From positions 1 to 41,312 of IMG/VR virus record IMGVR_UViG_3300002461_000115: a DNA stretch of 41,312 nucleotides; one strand, 5' to 3'. Every line of letters starts with the position of its first letter. Position 1 is the first letter of the stretch. The notes below the pieces were generated by a model that did no database searches, was not told the origin of the DNA, and was given only the letters and a program-made list of their open reading frames with translations. Source of the stretch: a virus. A program made the position numbers and the translations under genes. This document shows positions 16,644 through 24,385 of the stretch, in pieces.

Positions 16644-16811
16644 ATGGCGCAGGTTCTCGATATCGTGAACAGCCGAGGCCATGACTACATCGCCAAGGCC
16701 ACGCATCCGGCCCCAGAGGCGTCGGAGATCGTCGCTTGGTACACGGTGCCAGTTGAACAAGGAAACGCGGGCTACGTCACCAAGCACGGCCAGCGGTACG
16801 AATTGATCTAA
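16644..16811 (+). CDS. possible small hypothetical protein (55 aa)
   Basis: ATG at 16644 inside track ORF 16452..16811. Weak SD. Confidence 0.3.
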   Translation: MAQVLDIVNSRGHDYIAKATHPAPEASEIVAWYTVPVEQGNAGYVTKHGQRYELI

Positions 16812-16834
16812 GGCGTTAGACAACCGCCTATGAG

Positions 16835-16854
16835 CCGCCTACGGGCGGTTTTTT
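16835..16854 (+). terminator. rho-independent terminator (CCGCC-TACG-GGCGG + T6)
   Basis: Read directly. An outer AGACAAC/GTTGTCT pairing flanks it. Confidence 0.5.
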
Positions 16855-16901
16855 GTTGTCTGTAGCTGATGTGGCATCGCTGAGAAGCGCCCCACGGGAG
16901 A

Positions 16902-17837
16902 GTGAACTTGGACAATCCTGAACAGGAATCCACACCACTGACAACTGAGTCAGCAGCCGCCCTGTTTGCGAACTTGGGCGCACCAGAAACCGAAATCGAG
17001 CGCAAGCCCGAGCCGGTTGAAGAAACCGCAGATGAACCAGTGCTTGAACTGGAGCCGGAAGCGGAAGCCGAGGCAGAGGAAGAAGATCCACTCGTCACCG
17101 TCAAGATCGACGGCAAGGCGGTGGAAGTCAAGCTGTCCGAGCTAAAGAACGGCTATCAGCGTCAAGCTGATTACACCCGCAAGACGCAAGAAGTTTCAGA
17201 AGTGAAACGGGCTGCGGAAGCGGAGTTCACCAAGGCGCAGCAAGAGCGCCAAACCTACGCGCAGAACCTCCAGCGCCTGCAAATCCAGACGGAAGCCCTG
17301 TTGCAACAGCAGCAGGCAACCGACTGGCAAGCACTGTTGGAAAGCGACCCGGTTGAGTATCTGAAACAGCAACGCATTGCCCAAGAGCAACACGCGAAGC
17401 TGAATCAAATCCAACAGGAACAGCAGCGCGTCCAACAGCAGGAAGCCTACGAAGCCCAGCAACGCCACGCCCAACACTTGCAGGATCAGCGAGAGCAACT
17501 GCTCGCCAAGATTCCGCAGTGGAAGGACGAGGCCAAAGCCAAGACCGAGAAGGCTGCACTGCGCGACTTCCTTCTGAACGAAGGCTACGACGATGAGACG
17601 GTAGGAAGCCTCGCCGACTCTCGCGCGGTAGTCATCGCCCGCAAAGCCATGCTGTACGACCAGATGGTTGCCAAGGCATCGGCAGCGGCCAAGAAGGTCT
17701 CCACCCTCCCAACGCGCGTAGAGCGTCCGGGTGTGGGTGACAACCCCTCACTGGACAAGCGCTCTGCCGCATTCCAGAAGCTGAGCAAGTCGGGCCGCGT
17801 AGAAGACGCGGCCGCCTTGTTCGCGAACCTCATTTGA
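16902..17837 (+). CDS. scaffolding protein
   Basis: Acidic N-terminus; KIDGKAVEVKLSELKNGYQRQADYTRKTQE motif; Q-rich coiled coil. Located immediately upstream of the capsid gene. Confidence 0.75.
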   Translation: MNLDNPEQESTPLTTESAAALFANLGAPETEIERKPEPVEETADEPVLELEPEAEAEAEEEDPLVTVKIDGKAVEVKLSELKNGYQRQADYTRKTQEVSEVKRAAEAEFTKAQQERQTYAQNLQRLQIQTEALLQQQQATDWQALLESDPVEYLKQQRIAQEQHAKLNQIQQEQQRVQQQEAYEAQQRHAQHLQDQREQLLAKIPQWKDEAKAKTEKAALRDFLLNEGYDDETVGSLADSRAVVIARKAMLYDQMVAKASAAAKKVSTLPTRVERPGVGDNPSLDKRSAAFQKLSKSGRVEDAAALFANLI

Positions 17838-17872
17838 TTTTCTAACGCCGAGAGGCGCTGAAAGGACGTGCC

Positions 17873-17938
17873 ATGACTGCACCAACCGGAACATTCCTCA
17901 CCACGGCTGCTATCGGCAACCGCGAAGACCTGACGGAT
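17873..17938 (+). CDS. major capsid protein, exon 1 (MTAPTGTFLTTAAIGNREDLTD)
   Basis: AAAGGA SD. Matches the N-terminus of SU10/DUF5309-type capsid proteins. In-frame TAA follows immediately in the unspliced sequence. Confidence 0.85.
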
Positions 17939-18195
17939 TAAATTGGTCCCCTTGCAGAGCGATCTGCATTGAACAATCGCGTGAATTGCTGGAACCCCCT
18001 AACGGTTGGTAGCCGAGGGCAATCAGCAGCCAAGCGTCGCAGGAATGCGGTGAAGGTTCAACGACTAGGGCACGGAGTCCAGACCGGACGGTAAAGCCCC
18101 ACGAGCGCGCGACACCCCTAGAGGGTGATGAGATAGTCTGAGCTGCAATGAAAGTTGCAGAGGGTGGGATAAAGAGCCCACCGATAACAAAACTG
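17939..18195 (+). mobile_element. group I intron 1 (257 nt, ORF-less)
   Basis: Begins after U17938 and ends with G18195. GATAGTC J8/7-P7-like element, CAGAC/GUCUG P7 candidate and a GAAA-tetraloop hairpin. Splicing restores the frame. Confidence 0.8.
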
Positions 18196-18273
18196 ATCAT
18201 TTACCGCATCAGCCCGACGCAAACGCCGGTTCTGAACATGTCGGCCAAAGCCAAGGCCACCAACACGCTGCAT
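18196..18273 (+). CDS. major capsid protein, exon 2 (IIYRISPTQTPVLNMSAKAKATNTLH)
   Basis: 26 in-frame codons matching the conserved IY-ISP-TP...H block of the family. Confidence 0.85.
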
Positions 18274-19127
18274 AGCCTATAATTTGTGCAGTTAAAACCG
18301 AGCTAATTGCTGGAACATCCTTAGAGGCCCATTCCCCGCAGTGGAAAAGTAATGGACATTGGACAATCAGCAGGAAAGAGTTACGGATACATCCTCGGGG
18401 TGTATCTAGGTGATGGATGCGTCACCTTGCAAGTCAGTCACAACAGCGGACACACTACAAAGTGGTATCCGGTGTTCCGAGTCAACACTATTGACGAAGA
18501 TTTTGCAGTCGCCATCAAACAGGCGCTTGCAGAACTGACTGACAGGCCAGTGAACATCTGTAAGCATGACGTGAAGAAGAGCAGCAAGCCGAACTATTCG
18601 CTGCGCTGCGGCTCCCCTGAGCTTTGTCAAAAGCTCGTAGACGACACGAACTCCAAAGCCATGATTCCCGCGTATGTGTGGGGCTGGTCAAAGTCTGAAA
18701 AGCTGGCGTTTATCGCTGGGTTGATGGACAGCGAGGGGTTTGTCAGCAAGAACCACCAAAAGGACACTTCCTTTTACATGGGGTTCAAGTGCTGCGAATC
18801 GTGGGTGCCTGATTTCGTCAAGCTGTTGGAATCCGTGGGGATCATGACTGGCAAATTGTCAGTCTGCCCGCCATACAAAGACGGATACCGAACACCGATG
18901 CGGTTCCACATCAAGATGGAATCATGGGTACGCGAAGGCGCGTATTTCAAGATTCAGCGCAAACAAGCGCGGATTGATGAATGGAAAAGCCGTAGGCTAT
19001 CCTCAGAGACTATATGCTTGGCCGCATAACCGGCGGATGATATAGCCCGAACTGCATCGAAAGTTGCAGAGGCAGCAGAAATGACTGCCCGCCAGCAGAG
19101 TATCGCTGGTCCTCAAGTAACAGAATG
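18274..19127 (+). mobile_element. group I intron 2 (854 nt) carrying a LAGLIDADG homing endonuclease ORF
   Basis: Begins after U18273 and ends with G19127. 6-bp P1 of CTGCAT (18268..18273) with GTGCAG (18286..18291), with U.G at the splice site. Shares core blocks with intron 1. Confidence 0.85.
18352..19029 (+). CDS. double-motif LAGLIDADG homing endonuclease (intron-encoded)
   Basis: Motifs YILGVYLGDGCV and FIAGLMDSEGFV. About 50 percent GC in sampled lines, against a visibly more GC-rich genome. Confidence 0.9.
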   Translation: MDIGQSAGKSYGYILGVYLGDGCVTLQVSHNSGHTTKWYPVFRVNTIDEDFAVAIKQALAELTDRPVNICKHDVKKSSKPNYSLRCGSPELCQKLVDDTNSKAMIPAYVWGWSKSEKLAFIAGLMDSEGFVSKNHQKDTSFYMGFKCCESWVPDFVKLLESVGIMTGKLSVCPPYKDGYRTPMRFHIKMESWVREGAYFKIQRKQARIDEWKSRRLSSETICLAA

Positions 19128-19934
19128 GAATGGCAGACCCAAGACCTGGCCGCTGTTGCAACCAGCCCGTTCAACGCGCAGGTTGAAGGCGACGTTGCAG
19201 GCGCTGGCACGACCGTGCCTGTCGGCAAGACGATCACCCCGACCGTCCGCCTGACGAACCGCACGCAGATCAGCGCCAAGACCGCCATTGTCTCGGGCAC
19301 GCAGCAAGCCATGAACCAGGCTGGCCGCAAGGACGAGATGGCCTACCAAATGTCGCTGATTTCCTTGGAAGTCAAGCGCGACATGGAAGCGGGCCTGACG
19401 CAATCCGACGTGTTGGCAACGGCTCCGCGTCAATCGCGTGGCCTGCGTGGCTGGGTGGTGGACAACGTGAACCGCAACGGCGGCACGCTGGCTTCGTACA
19501 CCGCCAACACCGGCTACACCGCTGGTACCTTGCGATCGTTCACTGAGTCTCAGGTGAAGGACGTTCTCCAGCAGGTCTATACCGCTGGTGGCGAGCCCGA
19601 CACCATCATGCTGCCGCCCGCCCTGAAGCAAACCTTCAGCGGCTTCACCGGCAACGCGACCCGCATGGACAAGTCTGAGGACGCCAAGCTGTATAGCTCG
19701 GTGGACTTCTACGTGTCCGACTTCGGCACGCTCCAGTGCGTTCCAAATCGCTTCATGGCGACTCGCGACGTGTTTGTTCTGGAGTCCTCGAAGATTGCCA
19801 TCGCCTACCTGCGTCCGTTCATGACGGTTGAGTTGGCGAAGCTGGGTGATTCGATGCAGCAACAGTTGATCGTGGAATACACGATGGAATGCCGCGCACC
19901 GAAGGCCCACGGCGCGATTTATGATGTTAACTGA
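19128..19934 (+). CDS. major capsid protein, exon 3 (EWQTQDLAAV... to stop)
   Basis: Track ORF 19125..19934. HEWQTD junction restored by splicing. Family blocks NRTQISAKTAIVSGTQQA and GRKDEMAYQ...EVKRDME. Confidence 0.9.
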   Translation, partial: EWQTQDLAAVATSPFNAQVEGDVAGAGTTVPVGKTITPTVRLTNRTQISAKTAIVSGTQQAMNQAGRKDEMAYQMSLISLEVKRDMEAGLTQSDVLATAPRQSRGLRGWVVDNVNRNGGTLASYTANTGYTAGTLRSFTESQVKDVLQQVYTAGGEPDTIMLPPALKQTFSGFTGNATRMDKSEDAKLYSSVDFYVSDFGTLQCVPNRFMATRDVFVLESSKIAIAYLRPFMTVELAKLGDSMQQQLIVEYTMECRAPKAHGAIYDVN

Positions 19935-19951
19935 TTGATTCTGCTATACTG

Positions 19952-19973
19952 CACTCCTGTTTACTCAGGAGTG
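19952..19973 (+). promoter_or_regulatory. perfect 8-bp hairpin CACTCCTG-tttact-CAGGAGTG that sequesters the HNH gene Shine-Dalgarno
   Basis: The 3' arm contains AGGAG, 5-9 nt upstream of the ATG at 19978. Confidence 0.55.
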
Positions 19974-19977
19974 TGGT

Positions 19978-20646
19978 ATGCGGGCATCAAGAGTTGGATC
20001 GTTTGCAGAGCGGTTTGGGTCAAGATTTCAGGTTGACAAAGAGACTGGTTGTTGGAATTGGGATGGCCCTAAAACGCCTAAAGGTTACGGGCGTATTGCT
20101 GGCGTCGTGATTGATGGTGTGCGGCACACGGAGCGGGAGCGGGCCATGCTTGCTCATCGTGCATCGTGGCTTTTGTACTGCGGCCCGATCCCAAAAGGTG
20201 AGGGCGCTCACGGTACGGTTGTGATGCACAAGTGCGACAACCCAGCATGTGTGAACCCGCATCATTTGGCCTTAGGGACGCAAGCAGACAACGTGCGGGA
20301 CATGATCCAGAAGGGCCGCAAGGTTTCTGGCACGCCATCCGGCGTTGAGCATTGGCGCTCCAAGTTCAAGTCTCAAGAGGACATTGACCTGATCTGCGCA
20401 ACAAGGGGCCGCACCAAGGAATTGGCAGAGCGGTTCGGGGTTGATGTTTGCACCATCAAGCGGATTCGCATTCGCAATGGCGTCAAGGTGGCCCAGCCTG
20501 AGAAGTTCAAGAACAAGCCGCTTACGCAGGAAGCGATAGACCACATCCGAAGCACGCCACCCGGCACGCGAGGGTTGGGGAAGTTGTACGGGGTCGGCAA
20601 GACAACCATTGCCAACATCCGCAAGGGCTTGACTCACGCCCGCTGA
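19978..20646 (+). CDS. free-standing HNH homing endonuclease with two C-terminal HTH repeats
   Basis: GCWNWDGPKTPKGYGR...AHRASWLLYCGPIPKG...VMHKCDNPACVNPHHLALGTQADNVRD. Sampled GC about 48 percent. Confidence 0.85.
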   Translation: MRASRVGSFAERFGSRFQVDKETGCWNWDGPKTPKGYGRIAGVVIDGVRHTERERAMLAHRASWLLYCGPIPKGEGAHGTVVMHKCDNPACVNPHHLALGTQADNVRDMIQKGRKVSGTPSGVEHWRSKFKSQEDIDLICATRGRTKELAERFGVDVCTIKRIRIRNGVKVAQPEKFKNKPLTQEAIDHIRSTPPGTRGLGKLYGVGKTTIANIRKGLTHAR

Positions 20647-20667
20647 CTGAACGAAACACATCAACAA

Positions 20668-20689
20668 GGCACCTTCGGGTGCCTTTTTT
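20668..20689 (+). terminator. rho-independent terminator, GGCACC-UUCG-GGUGCC + T6
   Basis: Read directly; UUCG tetraloop. Confidence 0.75.
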
Positions 20690-20706
20690 GTTTAAAGGAA
20701 CAAATC

Positions 20707-21153
20707 ATGTCTATCGACATTCGACAAGGGGCTGACGGCTCCCTTGAGATGGTGGGCAACCAAGACAGCACGCGGAACCCGACCGCAGGCGTGGGCTGGT
20801 TGACCGCATCCATCAACTACAACGTCCCGGCTGCTGATGCCACGTTCTTCATTGCTGACCGCGCATATGTCGTCAAAGGCATTCGCGGCGTCACTGATGT
20901 GGCAGGCACGGGTGGTGCGTGTACCGCAGTGATCCGCAAAGTGCCCTCGGGTACTGCGCTGGCCTCTGGCACGGCACTTCACACCGGCACGTTCAACCTC
21001 GTCGGCACCGCTGCCACCAATCAGATCCTCACGCTGGTGAATACGGTGTTGGCTGAGCCGCTGTTGGCTGCTGGTGATCGCTTGGCCTTTGACCTGACCG
21101 GCACGGCCACATCGGCCATCGGTTGCGTCACGGTGACGCTGGCACCGGCCTGA
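20707..21153 (+). CDS. hypothetical head-associated protein (148 aa; decoration/cement candidate)
   Basis: AAAGGAA SD. Own terminators on both sides suggest high expression. Function inferred from position only. Confidence 0.55.
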   Translation: MSIDIRQGADGSLEMVGNQDSTRNPTAGVGWLTASINYNVPAADATFFIADRAYVVKGIRGVTDVAGTGGACTAVIRKVPSGTALASGTALHTGTFNLVGTAATNQILTLVNTVLAEPLLAAGDRLAFDLTGTATSAIGCVTVTLAPA

Positions 21154-21166
21154 TTCACTCCTTGAT

Positions 21167-21189
21167 GCCCACTTCGGTGGGCTTTTTTT
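21167..21189 (+). terminator. rho-independent terminator, GCCCAC-UUCG-GUGGGC + T7
   Basis: Read directly; second UUCG tetraloop terminator. Confidence 0.75.
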
Positions 21190-21222
21190 CGTCTCTTAAC
21201 GCTGCGAAGCGCTGGGGAAAAC

Positions 21223-21537
21223 ATGGCACAGATTTACAACGGCGCTTTCTTGAGCGTCTCGACGGTGGGCTTTTCTGCCGCCACGGGCGCAGCGTCTGCG
21301 CGGTCAACCATCCCCGTCGATGGCTCCGGCAACCGGCCCAACTACATCCGAGTCGCAGCACGTAACGAGTGCTACGTGAAGATCGGCGATGTCACGGTTG
21401 CAGCGACCACCAACGACATCCTGGTTCAAAACGCCGATTCGGTGATCCTGCAAGTCCCGAGGGCTGCAACGCACATCGCGTACATCCAAGGCACGGCAGC
21501 GGGCCAGGTCAACGTCACGCCGCTGGACAACTCGTGA
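21223..21537 (+). CDS. hypothetical virion protein (104 aa)
   Basis: Track ORF with an SD-like GGGGAAAAC. Confidence 0.55.
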   Translation: MAQIYNGAFLSVSTVGFSAATGAASARSTIPVDGSGNRPNYIRVAARNECYVKIGDVTVAATTNDILVQNADSVILQVPRAATHIAYIQGTAAGQVNVTPLDNS

Positions 21538-21845
21538 TGCGCACGAACATCAACAACGGCGACGGCACAACCACTGTCGTTGCCCTTGAAGACGGGGCAC
21601 TGCACACCGGCTCCATTCAAGACTGCACACCCTACGCGGATCGCGCCAAGGCCATGCACAACGAAGGCTTCCACGGCTCTGCTGATATGAAGCTGGCGGC
21701 ATCTGTGCCCACAGTGCTGGTTGAGAAGTACCTCAACGACAACCGAATCCTGATGAGCGAATTTATCGGCTCACCAGATCACCAGCGGCGGTTTCTGAAC
21801 GATCCCGCGCTCGCCCATTTCCGCGTGTGGCGCGGCAAAGTTTAA
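21537..21845 (+). CDS. hypothetical protein (102 aa)
   Basis: The ATG at 21537 overlaps the upstream TGA. Lies within track ORF 21369..21845. Confidence 0.5.
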   Translation: MRTNINNGDGTTTVVALEDGALHTGSIQDCTPYADRAKAMHNEGFHGSADMKLAASVPTVLVEKYLNDNRILMSEFIGSPDHQRRFLNDPALAHFRVWRGKV

Positions 21846-21854
21846 GGGCGCACC

Positions 21855-22331
21855 ATGCCCAATTACTCAGGCACCGTCAGGTCGTCTCAGGGCGTTCTGA
21901 CGCTTGATGTCACTCCGCGTGATGTCATCACCTTTACCCCGACATCGGCCACCTACACGGTGGAATATCCGATAGGCACCGTGGCACTCAACGCGGTGGC
22001 AACAAGTCAAAGCATTACTGCCAACAGCACAGCAACTCTGACGCAGACATGGTTCGGGTGTCTTGCCAGAGCTACTGACATGGCCGACGACCTGACGCCA
22101 AAGCCCAAAGACGAACACTGGCCGACCTATTCGTGGCGACCGTTCATCGGCTTCACGTTCGGCGTCTCCTTCTTCGGCATTTACTTTGTGCTGCCGCTGC
22201 TGAAGTTGCCCGTGCCTTCAATCCCGTTTGAGGCGTGGACAGCATTCGGGGCCATCTTGGGCGTGGCGTCGTGGTTCCGGGGTAAGGCGCAGACCGACCC
22301 AGCGAACCCAATTCCTGCCGAGAAGGGGTAA
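21855..22331 (+). CDS. hypothetical protein with soluble N-half and two C-terminal transmembrane helices
   Basis: WRPFIGFTFGVSFFGIYFVLPLL and AWTAFGAILGVASWF segments. The C-half resembles the 3TM-holin family loosely. Confidence 0.5.
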   Translation: MPNYSGTVRSSQGVLTLDVTPRDVITFTPTSATYTVEYPIGTVALNAVATSQSITANSTATLTQTWFGCLARATDMADDLTPKPKDEHWPTYSWRPFIGFTFGVSFFGIYFVLPLLKLPVPSIPFEAWTAFGAILGVASWFRGKAQTDPANPIPAEKG

Positions 22332-22334
22332 AGC

Positions 22335-22952
22335 ATGGCCCTCGCAAACTACACCGATCTACAAGCCAGTGTCGCGTCATGGCTCAACCGCACCGATCTG
22401 ACGGCGGTGATCCCTGACTTCGTGACGCTTGCAGAAGGCCGGATCGCCCGCGACCTTCGGCTTCGTAGACAAGTCACAAGCGTCAACCTGAGCACGGTCG
22501 CAGCCACGCAGACGGTGGCGCTGCCTTCGGACTTCCTTGAGGCGGAAAACCTGACCATCACCAGCGGTTACCCGCCTGGTGCTTTGTCAGTGGTGACGCC
22601 TGAGATTCTGGACCGCACGTTTCCCGACAACATCCTCGCAGGCCAGCCGGTTGTGTACGCCATCATCGGCGACAACCTCGCCTTCGGCCCAACACCGGAT
22701 GCTGTCTACACGGTGAAGCTGGAGTATTACCAGCGCTTCGCCGCGCTCTCCACATCGGGCACGAACTGGCTGCTGACGAACCATCCGAGCCTGTACCTCA
22801 ACGCCTGCCTGGTTGAAGGCCATGCCTACCTGCTGGACGCTGACAAGGCCCAAGCCTATGACGCTCGCTACCGGGCGGATGTAGAGATGCTGCAAACCAC
22901 CGACGACGCTTCACTGCGCTCCGGTTCAGCCATGAGAGTGCGCGTGCTGTGA
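22335..22952 (+). CDS. putative head-tail adaptor protein
   Basis: LANYTDLQASVASWLNRTDLTAVIPDFVTLAEGRIARDL N-terminus is typical of podovirus adaptor/connector proteins as I recall. Position before the tail genes. Confidence 0.45.
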   Translation: MALANYTDLQASVASWLNRTDLTAVIPDFVTLAEGRIARDLRLRRQVTSVNLSTVAATQTVALPSDFLEAENLTITSGYPPGALSVVTPEILDRTFPDNILAGQPVVYAIIGDNLAFGPTPDAVYTVKLEYYQRFAALSTSGTNWLLTNHPSLYLNACLVEGHAYLLDADKAQAYDARYRADVEMLQTTDDASLRSGSAMRVRVL

Positions 22953-24385
22953 TCCCACTCATCGGCTTCTCTCCAGACCTTGACCCGATGACGCCGGGTG
23001 TGTTGACCGACTGCACGATGGTTGTCCCGTATGAGTCGGGGCTGAAGGGTGCGCCAGCGGCGGTGTCTCCCGGCGTCACTGCTCTGGCTGCGGCCTGTAT
23101 CGGATCGGCTGTCACCACCGACCTGTCGGACGCGCGGCGGTTTCTCGCGGGGACGGCAACGAAGCTCTATGAATGGGACGGCGCGACATGGAACGACCGT
23201 TCCCGCGGCGGCAACTACAGCGCAGGCACTGATGATCGGTGGTGCTTCGTTCCCTACGGCAACTCGACATTGGCCGCGACACCGACCGCCAAGATTCAAC
23301 GCAGCACCGGCAGCGGAGTGGCGTTCGCAGACATCGCCACGGCCCCGCAGGCCAAAGTCGTCGAAAACGTGCTCGGGTTCGCCATCGCGTTCAACACCAG
23401 CACATCAAGCGATCAATGGGCGTGTTCAGCCCTGAACGATGAAACCGACTGGACGCCATCCATAGCGACTCAGTCTACGACAGGACGGTTGATTGGTGGG
23501 TCAGGCCCACTTACCGCTGCCAAGCGCTTTGGTGACGATGTAGTGGCCTACAAAGCCCGTTCCGTGTTCGTCGGGCGGTATGTCGGCTCCCCGACCGTGT
23601 GGGAATTCCGGCAAGTGTCCAACGATGTCGGTTGCGTCGGTCAGGAAGCGATTGCCGACACGATGATCGGGCACATCTTCGTCGGTGAAGACAACGTGTA
23701 CCTGTTCGACGGGACGACACCGCGCCCGCTCGACAACAGCCTGGCATTGAGAAACTGGCTGTTCCGCGACATGAGCCCGGCCTATCGCTATCGAACGATT
23801 GTTTCGTGGGACAAGGCCAGCTACACCGTCACCATTCACTACTGTTCAGCAGGATCAACCACGCTTGACAGCGCTGTTGTGTATCACGTCCTGACGAAGC
23901 AATGGGGCAGGGCGAATCGGGCGGTCCAGGCGGCGGTGCTCTACACATCGGCGTCACTCACCTACGCTGGCGGGGCGGGCATCACCACCTACGACAGCGG
24001 GCCGATGATCCCCTACGACTCCGCTTTCTGGATCAGCGGATCGTCTGCGCTTGCGATCTTCGACACAACCAACACGGTGCAAACGCTCTCTGGTTCGACC
24101 GCATCAAGCTCGTTCACCACAGGCGACAGCGGCGACGAGTCTGGGTACACCTTCTGCGACAACTTCCGCGTGCGATATGCCCAAGTGCCGACCACTTCAA
24201 GCGCAACGGGGTTCAGCCGTGACGAAGAAGGCGGCGCACTGACCACCGGGCAGACATCGAGCAAGGCAGACGGCAGATACAACATGAGGCAGCGGGGACG
24301 ATTCCACCGCTTCTCAGTCTCACTGACAGGCGATTGGAAGGCCGAAGCAGTGCGGGCTGATACCAAGCCAGCGGGGGTGCGATGA
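22949..24385 (+). CDS. putative tail tubular/hub protein (478 aa)
   Basis: GTGA-coupled. Call rests on size and position after the adaptor; no motif-level identification. Confidence 0.4.
   Translation: MIPLIGFSPDLDPMTPGVLTDCTMVVPYESGLKGAPAAVSPGVTALAAACIGSAVTTDLSDARRFLAGTATKLYEWDGATWNDRSRGGNYSAGTDDRWCFVPYGNSTLAATPTAKIQRSTGSGVAFADIATAPQAKVVENVLGFAIAFNTSTSSDQWACSALNDETDWTPSIATQSTTGRLIGGSGPLTAAKRFGDDVVAYKARSVFVGRYVGSPTVWEFRQVSNDVGCVGQEAIADTMIGHIFVGEDNVYLFDGTTPRPLDNSLALRNWLFRDMSPAYRYRTIVSWDKASYTVTIHYCSAGSTTLDSAVVYHVLTKQWGRANRAVQAAVLYTSASLTYAGGAGITTYDSGPMIPYDSAFWISGSSALAIFDTTNTVQTLSGSTASSSFTTGDSGDESGYTFCDNFRVRYAQVPTTSSATGFSRDEEGGALTTGQTSSKADGRYNMRQRGRFHRFSVSLTGDWKAEAVRADTKPAGVR

Noticed and set aside
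17910-18200. 96-aa minus-strand ORF covering intron 1.
   Set aside because: It coincides with the structured intron RNA, has no SD and has an implausible sequence. Intron 1 is treated as ORF-less.
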